DNA from: Okamejei kenojei
Taxonomy: Eukaryota
DNA: 64,000 bases
Reading direction: 5' to 3'
NCBI GenBank assembly: GCA_035221665.1
Contig: CM069162.1
Coordinates: forward strand, 24,490,001-24,554,000
The first letter of the stretch is position 1. Each line of letters starts with the position of its first letter. The translations under genes and the position numbers were made by a program. This document shows positions 39,301 through 50,719 of this stretch, piece after piece. The notes under the pieces are model-generated. The model had not been told where the DNA came from and did no database searches. It worked only from the letters and a program-made list of their open reading frames with translations.

Positions 39301-40153
39301 CTTTCAGAGCATTAGTGCTTGAAAATGCATAACCCATAGAATGGATATTTTTATTAAAATAATAAAGGGACAGAAAATTCAACAAGAAAGATGTATTTTA
39401 ACATGCTGCACCTGAAAATAACCATTATTTAAGTTGCACATATTAAAAATACAAAACTTTCCTCTGAAAATAAATTCTATGAAGTTGAAAATGTGAACTT
39501 TTGTCTGAAACCAGAATCTACTGCTGTCCCCATTGCAATAATATTAATCAAGCAAAATAAACTTTCGCCAGTGATCTTCGATTTATACCAAACTCCAGAT
39601 CTAATGTTTTGAGTTTTGTGTAAACGCACCTGAACTAAAGTCAAAAATCGGAGGTGAGACTTTGCATGCAATGCTCCATTTGAGGACAGTGATCCTGCGA
39701 GTTATTCTGGAGCACATTACCTGAAGTATTCCAATATTTGACAGTGCGAGAGGAGTTAAATCACTTTCACACCAGATAAACAATCCGTTACCGCCCTCTC
39801 GTGGAGTTTACGGCCACCAAACAACCTTGTATATTTGATTTTTAAAATATTAATTATTTTTTTGCTCTTCATAGAAAGTGACAGTTTGCTGAGGACGAAA
39901 AAAAATAATCGGACATTAGCTCTGTTCCTGTGAGGAGATAGTTTGCCCTTCTCCACACTCCACACATAACGGTTTTCTATATTGACGATAAACCGTCTTT
40001 GCTCCATTTGCTGCGCTTCACACCCCCTTGTTCTGTCAGATTCAGCTTTTTTTCGTCGTCCAGCAGGTTGTCAATAAAATTAAATATTTAATAGCCGCGA
40101 TTTTTTGCAGACACTTATATGTTTCTCCCACCCCCTCCTCCTCAGCCCCTTAC

Positions 40154-40178
40154 CTTCCGGCTTCTTTTCGGCAGCCAT
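40154..40178 (-). CDS. CAMTA1: CAMTA1 first coding exon (ATG GCT GCC GAA AAG AAG CCG GAA G|GTAAG), MAAEKKPE plus 1 nt
   Basis: An alternative frame reads KWLPKRSRK, matching the KWLPKTSRK I recall for human CAMTA1 exon 1. The strong donor AAG|GTAAGG is phase 1 and joins in frame to the 5597 exon (G|AT = Asp). It sits at the edge of a CpG island. Confidence 0.88.
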
Positions 40179-40570
40179 TTCAGTCCCCCACTTACATCCC
40201 TAAACCCGACCGCCGGAGAAACCGCCGCTCAACCAACCTTGAGCACCGGGCACACAACTCGCCTCGCCCCGCCCCCCTCCTCGCTCCCTGCCAATGGCAA
40301 CCAGCTCATTGGGCCGACCATCCCACATCCCCGCCCCTTCGCCTGTCGGATCGATGGACTATTGGCTGAGGTGCACGTCCATCATCGACCTAGAGCTTCC
40401 GGTTATCGGGTTAGGTTGTCACCGCCCAGAAAGGCGTCCCGCCGTATCTTGCGTGCGTGCGTGCGTCCGTGCCATGTGCGTGCGCGCCCGCGCGTCGCTG
40501 AGCGCGTACCCGAGAGTGGACAAGAAACGTGCGCGCACGCGTCAAAAGAGGAAATCTCGTGAGATTTCTC
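40179..40570. promoter_or_regulatory. CpG-island promoter and 5' UTR of CAMTA1
   Basis: CpG-dense non-repeat DNA with GC boxes (~40266-40275, ~40329-40337), CCAAT/ATTGG at 40291, 40308 and 40361, and an ETS site CTTCCGG (40396-40402). Also a palindrome CGTGCGCGCACG (40528-40539), TCTCGTGAGA (40555-40564) and a YY1-like AAATGGCTGC over the ATG. Confidence 0.85.
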
Positions 40571-40689
40571 AGGCTTACCTCTGCTCCTTGTCTGAAGTGG
40601 GAACAAGAAATATAACCAGAAAGCAAGAGGGATTATAAATGTTGCAAAACGCCATAACTCCTGAAAGAACATTTTACTGCAAAGTTGGG

Positions 40690-40990
40690 TAATCTTCACC
40701 ATCGCCATAGTTCCTACCATCAATATCCTGGAGGTCACCATGAACCAGAAACCAGCCACAAGGGTATTGGAGCTCCAAGAGCTGGTTGCAGACTGGTTAT
40801 GTTGCAGAAGTTACTCTCCTCGTGGCACTCCGGAACCTTCTCACAATACACATGGCACCAGTCAGGAGCACAATGGAATCCGCCCTCCTTGCCTAGATGA
40901 GTGTAACACCAACCAGCACGTAACAAGCTCCATGTGGCAGAGAAGCTTGTGTGATTGGAACCTCATCAACGGTCCCAAGCACTCATCCCC
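40690..40990 (+). mobile_element. Very old LINE (CR1/Jockey-like) remnant
   Basis: Degenerate INILEVTMNQK and GCACCAGTCAGGAGCACAATGGAAT (K/AQVRS.MEY-like) motifs. Similar debris lies on the minus strand at ~29770-30180. Confidence 0.45.
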
Positions 40991-41893
40991 TCCATTATCA
41001 GCACTGAATGATTGCAATGTGTGCACCTACGGAAAGTAGTATAGGTACTTGCCCAGGCTACTCTGATACCTCCCCGATCTGCAACCTTGACCAATGCAGG
41101 CTATCACCTACTGTCTCCCGCTAATTACACACCAATCTGGCCCCTCCAAATCAGTCCCCAACAATCGTTCGCTCGTGTGTCAGATGACACATAGCTCGCT
41201 GTTGGCTTCCGTCGTCGTCCAACATGTTGATAGAATTGGTTACCCGACGCATCAAAGAGTGCATCGTGTCGTCGTTTCTGGGGATCACCACGAGGAGGCT
41301 TCTGTCAACAATAATAGACAGTAATATATTTACAGGTTCACCATTCACCAGAGTGACTACAACTGTTCAGAAATGCATCTGAAGGGGATGACATTGCTGG
41401 AGGGAAATTGAGGAAGAGCAATAAATGCAAGCATTGGCATTTATGCCCAGTTCATTTCAATGTAAAACACTTGATCAGGTTCTAATTCCTGGTCTTAATT
41501 GTCTCCTTTTCATGAGAAGGCTCATCCTCCGAAGCATCCTCAGGGCTAATTTCTCAACCACATCAAGATCCACTCTTCAAATATCTCTAACATTACTCAA
41601 TCACCCCCAAAATTCTTCCCTTTCTCAGCATACCTAGCTGCACAAATGTGGTAAATAGGCCTGTGTTTTTACCTAATCCCTTCCTATTGTCAGAACACCA
41701 AATACATCTTGCAGTAAAACACTCATTTACTTGTCCTTTTAATTTAATAAATTAGTTTTATAATACAAACTTCACCCTGTGGTAACCAAACATTGCATGA
41801 CAGCTTTGTGAAGTCATGCATTACTTCCCAGGCTGATTCCGAGCCTTCAGTTGCTTGCCTTTTTAATTCTCTGCTGACTGTTACTCTGCCTAT

Positions 41894-42099
41894 GTTTAAG
41901 AAAGAACTGCAGATGCTGGAGAAATCGAAAGTACATAAAAATGGTGGAGAAACTCAGCGGGTGAGGCAGCATCTATGGAGCGAAGGAACAGGTGACGTTT
42001 CGGGACTGAAGAAGGGTCTCAACCCGAAACGTCACCTATTCCTTTGCTCTGTAGATGCTGCCTCACCCGCTGAGTTTCTCCAGCATTTTTGTCTACCTT
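41894..42099. mobile_element. Penelope-derived fold-back repeat
   Basis: Inverted arms with CTGAAGAAGGGTCTCAACCCGAAACGTC. Flanks CTGTTACTCTGCCTAT (41878-41893) / CTGTTATCCTGCCTAT (42100-42115). Confidence 0.82.
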
Positions 42100-42361
42100 C
42101 TGTTATCCTGCCTATAGATGCTGTGGTTTATGTAATATCAGGTATGTACTTTAAAAAATGTGACATGTGTCCACTGCTCTCATGGGTAAAACTGGCTAAA
42201 TAAGATTGCCTGTGCAGCAGAAGGCATATTTTAGAGAAATGCAGTCAATCTCTTGTTTTTGTTTAGTTCATTTCTTTGTATAATAACTAAATTCTTTAAT
42301 TTCAATCGCAAATTATTTTGCAGCATCGAAGGGAGAGAGACTGAGACATGATAATCAAAGT

Positions 42362-42552
42362 TAGACACAAAAGGCTGGAGTAACTCAGCAGGTCAGACAG
42401 CATATCTGGAGAAAAGAAATGGATGACGTTTCAGGTCGAGACCCAAAACATCACCCATTTCTTTTCTCCAAAGATGATGTCTGAACTGCTGAGTTACTCC
42501 AGCTTTTTGTGTCTACCTTCAGTTTAAACCAGCATCTGTAGTTCCTTCTTAC
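42362..42552. mobile_element. Penelope-derived fold-back repeat
   Basis: Inverted arms with a perfect flanking repeat ACATGATAATCAAAGT (42346-42361, 42553-42568). Confidence 0.82.
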
Positions 42553-44116
42553 ACATGATAATCAAAGTGCTGGTTAGTAAAACAATAACATTACACTCAA
42601 AGGCCTGAAACATATGGACCTGTATTATGAGGTGTTTAATTCAAGTGAGAGCACAGTGGTCTGAGCTTCTAGATTTCCAGGCTGCGAGGAATCCAACAGC
42701 TGCGACACAATGGAATGGAGATGATGAGAGAAACTTTTACACTATATACCAATACACCAATTGAGGATGAGAGGAGATAATTATACCATAAAGACCTCAA
42801 ATCATATCCTGGAGGATGCATTAAATGCATTAAAAACACCATGCAACCCTCCCAAAAATTGAACAGGCACCGTCACCATTTCCTGACTCACAACCCAGAA
42901 CAGGGAAAATCAACTGATACTTCCTTAATTACAATACCTTTAAATTGTTAGCAGATAATTTTAGATTCTCAGATTTGAAGGACGTGTTCATGAGTGAGTG
43001 GGTTATTTGTGGAATCCAAGAGTCCATTCTAAGGACAGCTACAACATGGGAGAAGTTTAACTCTAATGAAATGCATCCAGGTATACAAAGCTGTGGAGCT
43101 TTCCAAAGCCAAGCTAGAAAGGTTGGACAGTAAGCACATGCCATTAAGCAGAGGACAAACTGCAGAACATTGAATGTGTAGCCAAGTTGCAAGATCTGGA
43201 GCAGCAACATGTGTGGCTGTGGAAAAAAAAAGTGTAGATGATGTGCACTGGAAAATCGATTCTACCAACAATGCACAGAAAATAAGATATTGAAAGTTCA
43301 GAGAGCGACTAAAATCAACTGTGCAGAGAAAAAGATGGACGGATTTAGAATACTAGTTGAATGCAATGCATCTACCGTCAAACAAAGGAAAACCCAATAA
43401 ATGTACCTACACCAAGATATTAATGCAATAATAATCTGTGACATTTTAACTTGATTTGGCAGCAACATGAAATGTTCTCCCGAAGGAAGCCATCAATATC
43501 AAGGCAGTGCAGTTAAAACTATGAGTAATGAGCTATCAATATTCAACAAGATTACACTGAAGCCTGCTGGAAATTGCTCTCTAAAGGTGGTGAACCAAAG
43601 AAAATTAAGAGTCATTATACAGATTTAATCAGAGTAGACCAGAAAGTTACCACATCCATACTAGTTGGCACTACTATTTAGAATATATCTCAGCCCACTC
43701 GTGTTAGCGACTATCCTACTGGATCCACCTCTGCACCATTACACAATGAGTGTACTGGAAGGTTAGTTCTGTAACTGGGGGCAACTGAAGACTCCACTGT
43801 GAGCATAAAGCAAGCTGCCATAGGAACTCACTGGGTCAGGCAGCATCTGCAGAGGGAAATGGATAGACAATGTTTTGATTTAGACTGATCTGTGTGAAGG
43901 GTCCTGAAACATAATTTGCAGTCTCTTCTGCCTCTTTTTAATACTCTAGATCCTCATGCCCATGGCTTTCATGTGGCCCAGCTCTGCACCCTATGTTTAG
44001 AGATTTATTTTACGGAATGTCACACTCAGAACCCTGGACTATTCAGCAGGGAAACCAGTTCTCCATTCTAGGATTAGGATATAATTTACTGAAAGACCAA
44101 TAGTTTTGCATAGGAG

Positions 44117-44338
44117 GTGTAGGAAGAATTGCAGATGCTGGTTTAAATCCAAGATAGACACAAAATGCTGGAGTAACTCTGCAGGACAGGCAGCATCCCT
44201 GGAGAAAAGAAATGGGTGATGTTTCGGGTCGAGACTGAAGAAAGTCTGAAGAAGGGTCTCGACCCGAAACGTCATCCATTCTTTCTCTCCAGAGATGCTC
44301 CTGTCCTGCTGAGTTACTCCAGCATTTTGTGTCTACCT
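44117..44338. mobile_element. Penelope-derived fold-back repeat with an intact hammerhead-like core
   Basis: CTGAAGA (44246-44252) AGGGTCTCGACCC GAAAC GTC, with ~85-bp inverted arms. Confidence 0.82.
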
Positions 44339-44625
44339 TAAATATTTTTGCATTTTACCAACACGTCTCTCTGAATAGGACTGGTCTATGTCCGAAGTAA
44401 ATTGTCTGAGTCTATTTGCCTGTGATGATGCTGTGAGCAAGATTTTCATTGAACCTGTACCTCATCATTCATGTGCAAATGACAATAAACTCGACCCAAG
44501 CAACTTGACTTGATCCAATTTGCCTGTCTGGCAGCAAACACAGAAAGGAGAAATATGGTCTTTGCCTTATAAGGCAAAGATCACTTTCACTGAACATTTT
44601 ATGCTTTATTTCTCGACATTTCATT

Positions 44626-45335
44626 TGGTCTGCTCCCCCAACGCACCCGTTCCCTACCCGTTGCCCCCACTGAAGGCGTGGTCATCCAACTCAAGCCGTT
44701 CCCGAACGTAAGATTCAAGCACTCCCCTTGCCTTCCTCAGCAATGATCTTTAAAAAAAAAAAAACTTGACATGCATGTTGCAATAGCAAATCGCCCTCCC
44801 CCTGCTAGTCGAGCCATTGCGACATCATCAGTTGAAGCTGGTCGGTTTGAAATTAAAGGTATTTTGATTTTTTTTTTACTTTAATCAGTAATAATTTGAG
44901 AAATAAAGCATAAAATGTTCAGTGAAAGTGATCTCTGCCTCGAGGGGAAAAATGTGAATCAGAATATGTAAAGACCTTGTGAAAGAAAGTTGGCATTTTT
45001 AAAGCTTTAATCGCAAATAACGTGTCAAATATAGGATGAAATCTTCATTGACGCTGGTCTCTGCTAGCAGAGCCATTGTGACATCAGCATTTGAAGCTGG
45101 TGGTTTTAATTTCAGTCTTTTGACTCTTTAAGACTTTTAATCAGTAATGAGTTGAGAATAAGTCGAGAAATAAAGCATGAAATGTTCAGATAAGGTGACC
45201 GCAGCCTCGACGGGAAAAATGTCAATCGGAATATGTTAAAATGTAATCGTTACCGCATAGTGTTTTTGCGAAGATGTAAAGACAACCACATATATATATA
45301 CACACTAACAAGATCAGACTTTTAATAAGTATATG
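44626..45335 (-). mobile_element. Probable non-autonomous Helitron relative with an internal ~260-bp duplication
   Basis: Right end ACAAGATCAGACTTTTAATAAGTATATGAT resembles 10513-10546, and GGTCTGCTCCCCCAACGC resembles 16222-16238. 44811-44975 is similar to 45071-45240. Confidence 0.55.
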
Positions 45336-45569
45336 ATGACATGCAAGCCACATTATTAATTTGAATCACTGACCTTTATGCCGTATCTTAAAGAGAGATA
45401 CTAAGATACTAACATATCTGAAAATGGCCTCTTACAAAGGTCTGATATCATCTCATCTTTTCAAGAAAATTAGTGGGCCTGAACTTACATTCAAGTTGTC
45501 TAATGAAAAAATCCACATCCAACAATTCAGATCATATCGTTATCATTTTGAAACAAGAAAATTAGTGGT

Positions 45570-45930
45570 ATGGACAGGCTAGATGCAGGAAAAATGTTCC
45601 AGATGTTGGGCGAGTCCAGAAACACGGGTCCCAGTTTAAGAATAAGGGGTAGGCCATTTAGGACAGATGTGGAAAAACTTAGTCACCCAGAGAGATGTGA
45701 ATCTGTGGAATTCTCTGCCACAGAAGCCAGTGGAGGCCAATTCACTGGATGTTTTCAACAAAGAGTTAGATTTAGTTCTTCGGGCTGAAGGAATCAAGGG
45801 ATATGGGGAAAAACCGGTACGGGGTACTGATTTTAGATGATCAACCATGATCATATTGAATGGCGGTGTTGGCTCGAAGGCCTAATGGCCTACTCCTGCA
45901 CCTATTTTTCTAAGTTTGTATGTTCTATTT
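45570..45930 (+). mobile_element. CR1 LINE 3' fragment
   Basis: DRLDAGKMFQMLGESRNTGPSLRIRGRPFRT; colinear with 30879-31230. Confidence 0.9.
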
Positions 45931-46097
45931 CTCTCTTCCCAGGATTTCTTCACCAGTTGAGTTTTTCCAATTTTTTTGTTTTATTATATTTGAATTATAG
46001 CCTACATAATATTTTCCTTTGTATGTATGTGTGAGGCGTACGGATAGATTTTGGCATGTGCCAGCTTACTTGTGGTCAGACACATATTGTTCCAAGT

Positions 46098-46224
46098 GTT
46101 AAAGAAGGAACTGCAGATGCTGGAGAATCGAGGGTACACAAAAGGCTGGAGAAACTCAGCGGGTGCAGCAGCATCTAAGGAGCGAAGGAGATGGGCGACG
46201 TTTCGGGTCGAGACCCTTCTTCTT
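46098..46224 (-). mobile_element. Penelope-derived repeat, single arm
   Basis: GACGTTTCGGGTCGAGACCCTTCTTC, with a perfect flanking repeat CATATTGTTCCAAGT (46083-46097, 46225-46239). Confidence 0.82.
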
Positions 46225-47354
46225 CATATTGTTCCAAGTCTGTTTAGAATGGGCTAAATATACAATACAGCATAGACCCATTTTTGTGTTATGAAGGAGA
46301 ATTTTCATCAGACCCATTTGCCTGCCCTTTGTTTACAACCCTTCAAATAATTCCACATAAAGTATTTTTAAGCTTACCTTTTCAAAATTACTTTTGAATC
46401 ATCTTGCTAAATTAATTCCAGATCACAATACTTTTCTGAGTAAAAGTTAGTTCTTGCCCGTGACTGTCTTGCCAAGTGCCTTAAATCTGTGATCTCTGAT
46501 ATCAATATTCTGGAAGCAATTTCTCCTTATTTCCTCTATCAAAAAAACCCTCCAAGATTTTGAACTCTTTGAATAAATCTTCTCTTAACCTTTGTTATTT
46601 GAAGAAGAGGTATATTTTCTTCTGTCTTTTCATCTTATGTGAAGTTATTCATTCCTGATGGCATTCCAGTAAATCTCTGCAGTTAAAACACAGAAATGGT
46701 GAACCCCGATCAAGATTAGTAGAACCCATAAAGAAGAGGAAAAAAAAGTCTTCTCGAGCAAGTTGTTGCAGTCATTCGCATTATCCCAGATCGAAAATCT
46801 TCACTCCTCTCGTTTTACTCACATACCAGTCATCATTGGAAGCCTTTCAAGTGGTTTGTCAATTGTAACAGAACATAAAGATAATTAAATCCTAGGGATT
46901 AATCCCAGTTTGGTCTGGATTAGCTAAACTAAGCTTGGAAATGGACATGATTCCAAGTAGTAAAAAATAGGTACCTTCTTCAGATTTCTTTGGCATGGTT
47001 TTTATTCCCTTCACCCCTCCTCGTTGCTCGCAACTCTAAATTACTGCAGCTGGTCTCAGCATCCCTGAGCTAATGAAAGAGGTGGCAGGAAATCAGTGAG
47101 GATTCTTACTATCAATTATTAACCAATGCCCATTGCCTGACAATGTAATTAGGTTCTGATTTGAGACACATGTGGTTGAATAACTTGAACAATGTTGCTC
47201 ATGTTGTTGATGGACAATTGAACAAGGTATCAAAGACTGGTTCTGCCTTTGAAGACATTTAATGCCATTAGGTGAGGAGGAAAGAGAGAGAAAATTGGCA
47301 CCTAAATATATGTAAACTGTCTTTAATGTTTGTAGTTTGAGGGCAGTGTATTGC

Positions 47355-47840
47355 AATCCTAAGAAGTGTCTCAACCAGAAACACCTTTTATCCATGTCCT
47401 CTGGAGATGCTGCCTAACTCGCTGAGTTACTTTGTATTTTGTCCAAGATTCCAGCATCTGCGGATTCCTTTTCCCATTTTGTTCTCTATCTCTGTTCGCA
47501 ATTTCATTTCTAACTTTTCCCAGTTCTGCTGAAGAATAGTAACCTAGAAATGTTGATTTCTTTCTCTCTATCCATTGGTACAATTTTTTGAGGTTTATAA
47601 ATTCATAGAAAATAAACACTGCCTAAGTACTGCCTGATCTGCTGAATATCTCCAGCAATTTGTACTTTTATTTGTAAGGCAATCGAGGTAGTCCAATTTT
47701 CCCAATGAGTCATCGTATCAGTCTGAAGAAGTCTCGAACTGAAACGTCGCCTATTCCTTCTCCCCATTGATGCTGCCTCACCCACTGAGTTCCTCCAGCA
47801 TTCTACCTTTGATTTTTCCAGCATCTGCAGTTCTTTCTTA
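47355..47840 (+). mobile_element. Cluster of three Penelope-derived arms of different ages
   Basis: Arms start at ~47357, ~47528 and ~47720 (GTCTGAAGAAGTCTCGAACTGAAACGTCGCC). Confidence 0.65.
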
Positions 47841-47999
47841 ATCATATCATTCTTGTTGATTATTTTCCAAATCCCTTTCAAAAACAACAAATGAATTCAT
47901 TTCTGCTGCCCGCCACCTGATAGGGTGATGCATTTCAAGTGTATACCACTCAATGACAAAACAAAATGGTCATCATGTTATTTCTGACACTTTTCCTTT

Positions 48000-48482
48000 G
48001 CTTTCCCAGGATGGAATATTCAAACACCAAAGGGCATAGCCTTCAGATGTGAGTGGCAATGTTTAAAGGAGATGTGCAGAGGGTGGTGAGTGCCTGGATG
48101 CACTTCCAGGGGTGGTGGTTGAGGTAGAGATATAGTCGTGGCATCATATTCAGCATAGGCATTGTGGACCGAATGGCCTTCTGAACCGTCTGAATTTTGT
48201 AATCGGCAGGGCAGTACTCTGCATATTGCCAACTTGGACAATTTTACATTTTTATCAAGCCAATTAAACAAGCCAATTAACCTACAAACCTGTGCGGGAG
48301 GAAACTGAAGTTCTCGGAGAAAACCCACGCAGAACACGGAGAGAACGTACAAACTCCATACAGACAGCACCCGTGGTCGGGATCGAACCCGGGTCTCTGG
48401 TGCTGCATTTTGCTGTAAGGCAGCAACTCTACCGCTGTGCCACCGTGAGGGCCTGTTCTTGTGCTGTACTGTTCTATGTTCT
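48000..48482. mobile_element. CR1 3' fragment (+) interrupted by an HE1-like tRNA SINE (48235-48446, -)
   Basis: SINE head on the minus strand with A box TGGCACAGCGG and B box GGTTCGATCCC. The CR1 tail resumes as GGGCCTGTTCTTGTGCTGTACTGTTCTATGTTCT. Confidence 0.8.
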
Positions 48483-49314
48483 TCCAATCATCCAAAACTG
48501 TATTTTATTTATTACCCTTTTCAACCGCATGGTGATTTTAAACACCCTGATGAAATATCTTCTTATCTTGCTTATTTCTGATTTCGTCACATCAGAGGAA
48601 ACTCACTCTCAAACTGCCATCTCAATTGATCGTCAGCACATGAAAGGAGAGCTACCTACTCCATTTAATAGGAAAACCCAGCGATGCCCCATCAGTTACA
48701 TCTGATGTTATGATTTGGTGCTTTTTAACATACAAATAAAAAAATAATTTTCATGACATTTTAATTTGACATATGACATCTAGCTCCACTGTAAAGTTAT
48801 ATAAAGGTTTATTAGCTTTGGCTGAGAGGGAGTACTTATGACTGAATCAAATTGTTATGGATTCAAAGCCCATTCCAGAGACCTGTGCATATAAATGGAA
48901 ACAGAAAAGACTGCAGATGCTGGAATCTGAAGCATAAAGCCCAACGGGCCAGGCAGCATCTGTGGAGGCAGAGGGATAGTTGATGTTTCGGGTCAAACCC
49001 TGCATCAGATCTGTTAGTGTAGAGGGGAGATGAGATAGCCAGTATAAAATGGTGAAGGAGAGAGGTGAGACAGGAGCTGGCAACATTGTCCGTTCCTCTG
49101 CCTCCACCTATGCTGCCTGTGTTACATCAGCAACTTATTTTTTGAACCTGTATCTATAATCCAGGTTGTATTTCAATGCTGTGCTCATCTTTTATATTAT
49201 ACATTATGCTTGAGGCATGCAGTAGACATGAGACACCTCTCAAAGGACAGCAGGTGAATTCTTCCTATGTTCTGGCCCTCAATCAATATCACTAAAACAG
49301 AATACCGTTCACTA

Positions 49315-50125
49315 GGAGACCACTAGGGGCGCTGCATTGAAGGCGCCTCCGCCTACAGCCTGTCCGTTTTTTCTATCTTTATTTAAATTTTAATTTGTCC
49401 AAATAGTTTTGTTTGGGGATTCTTTCATTTTTCCATGTGGGGGAGAGGGGAGGGGTAAGGGGGACACCGCTTCCCAGTCGCTTCCTGGCGAGAAATGCGA
49501 CCAATTCTCCATGTCGCGTCCTCGCCCCCCCCACCCCCTCCCCCCCACGCGGCCTACCAGCTGGATCGGAGTGGCCTATTCTACTGGGGACCGGACCAGA
49601 ACTTCGGCAGCGGCGGTGTGGCGCTGAATTCACCGCGGAGCGGGCGATGCCTTCCTCGATCGCCGTTTGAAGCTCTGGAGCGTTCGGCCCGCTGCTCCAA
49701 CATCGCGCGGCTGTGTTCACGGAGCACCGTGACCAGCGCTGACCGACATCGCTGAGTCCCTGGGGTCCTTTGCCGAGGGCCGCCAGCGTTGAATCTCCAC
49801 CCGGCGCGTCCTGGGGACGTCGGGAGCTGCGGACGTTCCGACGTCTGAGGCCAACATCCCGGCGAGCGGGCCTGAGCGGCGGGCTGCCAGTAGCGGTGAC
49901 TGCGGAGGGCTCCGGAGGCCCCGACCATGGGTGAACATCAGAGGAAGATGACAAACTTTGGTGCCTTCCCTCACAGTGGCAAACTTTTGATTCTGCTGTG
50001 TGGGGATGTTTTATGTTGAACTCTATCGTGTGTTGTGTTCTTTATTATAGTGTATGGCTGTATGGTGATCACATTTCACTGTGCCATCTGGCACATGTGA
50101 CAAATAAATGTATCTTGTATCTTGT
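49315..50125 (+). mobile_element. GC/CpG-rich non-coding element with a Rex1-like 3' tail
   Basis: CpG-rich body ending ATTTCACTGTGCC...CACATGTGACAAATAAA TG(TATCTTG)2, resembling the 3' end of 33150-33535. Confidence 0.55.
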
Positions 50126-50719
50126 ACTTACTGCACTTTAAAATGCACTGACAGATCATCCTGCATACATGTTCAAGCCTGTAACAGGCCTCGAGTCCAC
50201 AACGACCTGACCCACAACTGAGCAAACTAACACCTCCAGGGATTGTAATATCCACAACCTCTATGTGACCTCAGCAATCGCCTATTAAAAAAGAGATGGA
50301 GAATCAGCATTATAGCCTGCGGATCAATGAGTAACAGCATTAAAGTCTCATCCAGTGTTCAGTGAAGTGCAATTTGTCGCATCCTTAAAGGGACTTGATC
50401 TCTGTAGAAGAAAAATACACTGAGAATTAGAGGGTCCTGATAAATCAACATGCCATTCAACATACTGGCAGCAATGATAATGGAGACCCAGAATGGTCAA
50501 AACACAGTGAACAGGCAGGATTAAAAATAGTGGGCACAAACTTGTTAGAATGTATTATCCAATGGCTCAAAGTATAACTCTGATATCAGATTTAGTTTTA
50601 ATTTGTTGAACTCAGCTAGGATATTGTTTAAGAAACTACATTTAATCTCTGAGGAAAGAGGCAAGTCCTATTGGAACGTACACATGTGCAAACATCATGA
50701 TTTCATTCCGCAAAGATCT

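Noticed and set aside
39756-40007. 83-aa ORF as a CAMTA1 first exon
   Set aside because: No convincing similarity or donor. The true match is at 40154-40178.
5598-40153. Orthologue of human CAMTA1 exon 2 (SVSQSVFCGTSTYC...)
   Set aside because: Not found by eye or in the ORF track, and not needed for frame. Absence is not proven without tBLASTn.
48380-48446. tRNA gene (A and B boxes)
   Set aside because: It is the head of a SINE that continues into SINE body sequence, and no full cloverleaf is evident.
49319-49333. CTCF-like motif CCACTAGGGGCGC
   Set aside because: One G short of the core spacing (CCACTAGGGGGCGC), so not supportable without binding data.
49379-49974. 191-aa and overlapping ORFs
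   Set aside because: GC-rich repeat DNA that is open in several frames, with no recognisable domain or splice structure.
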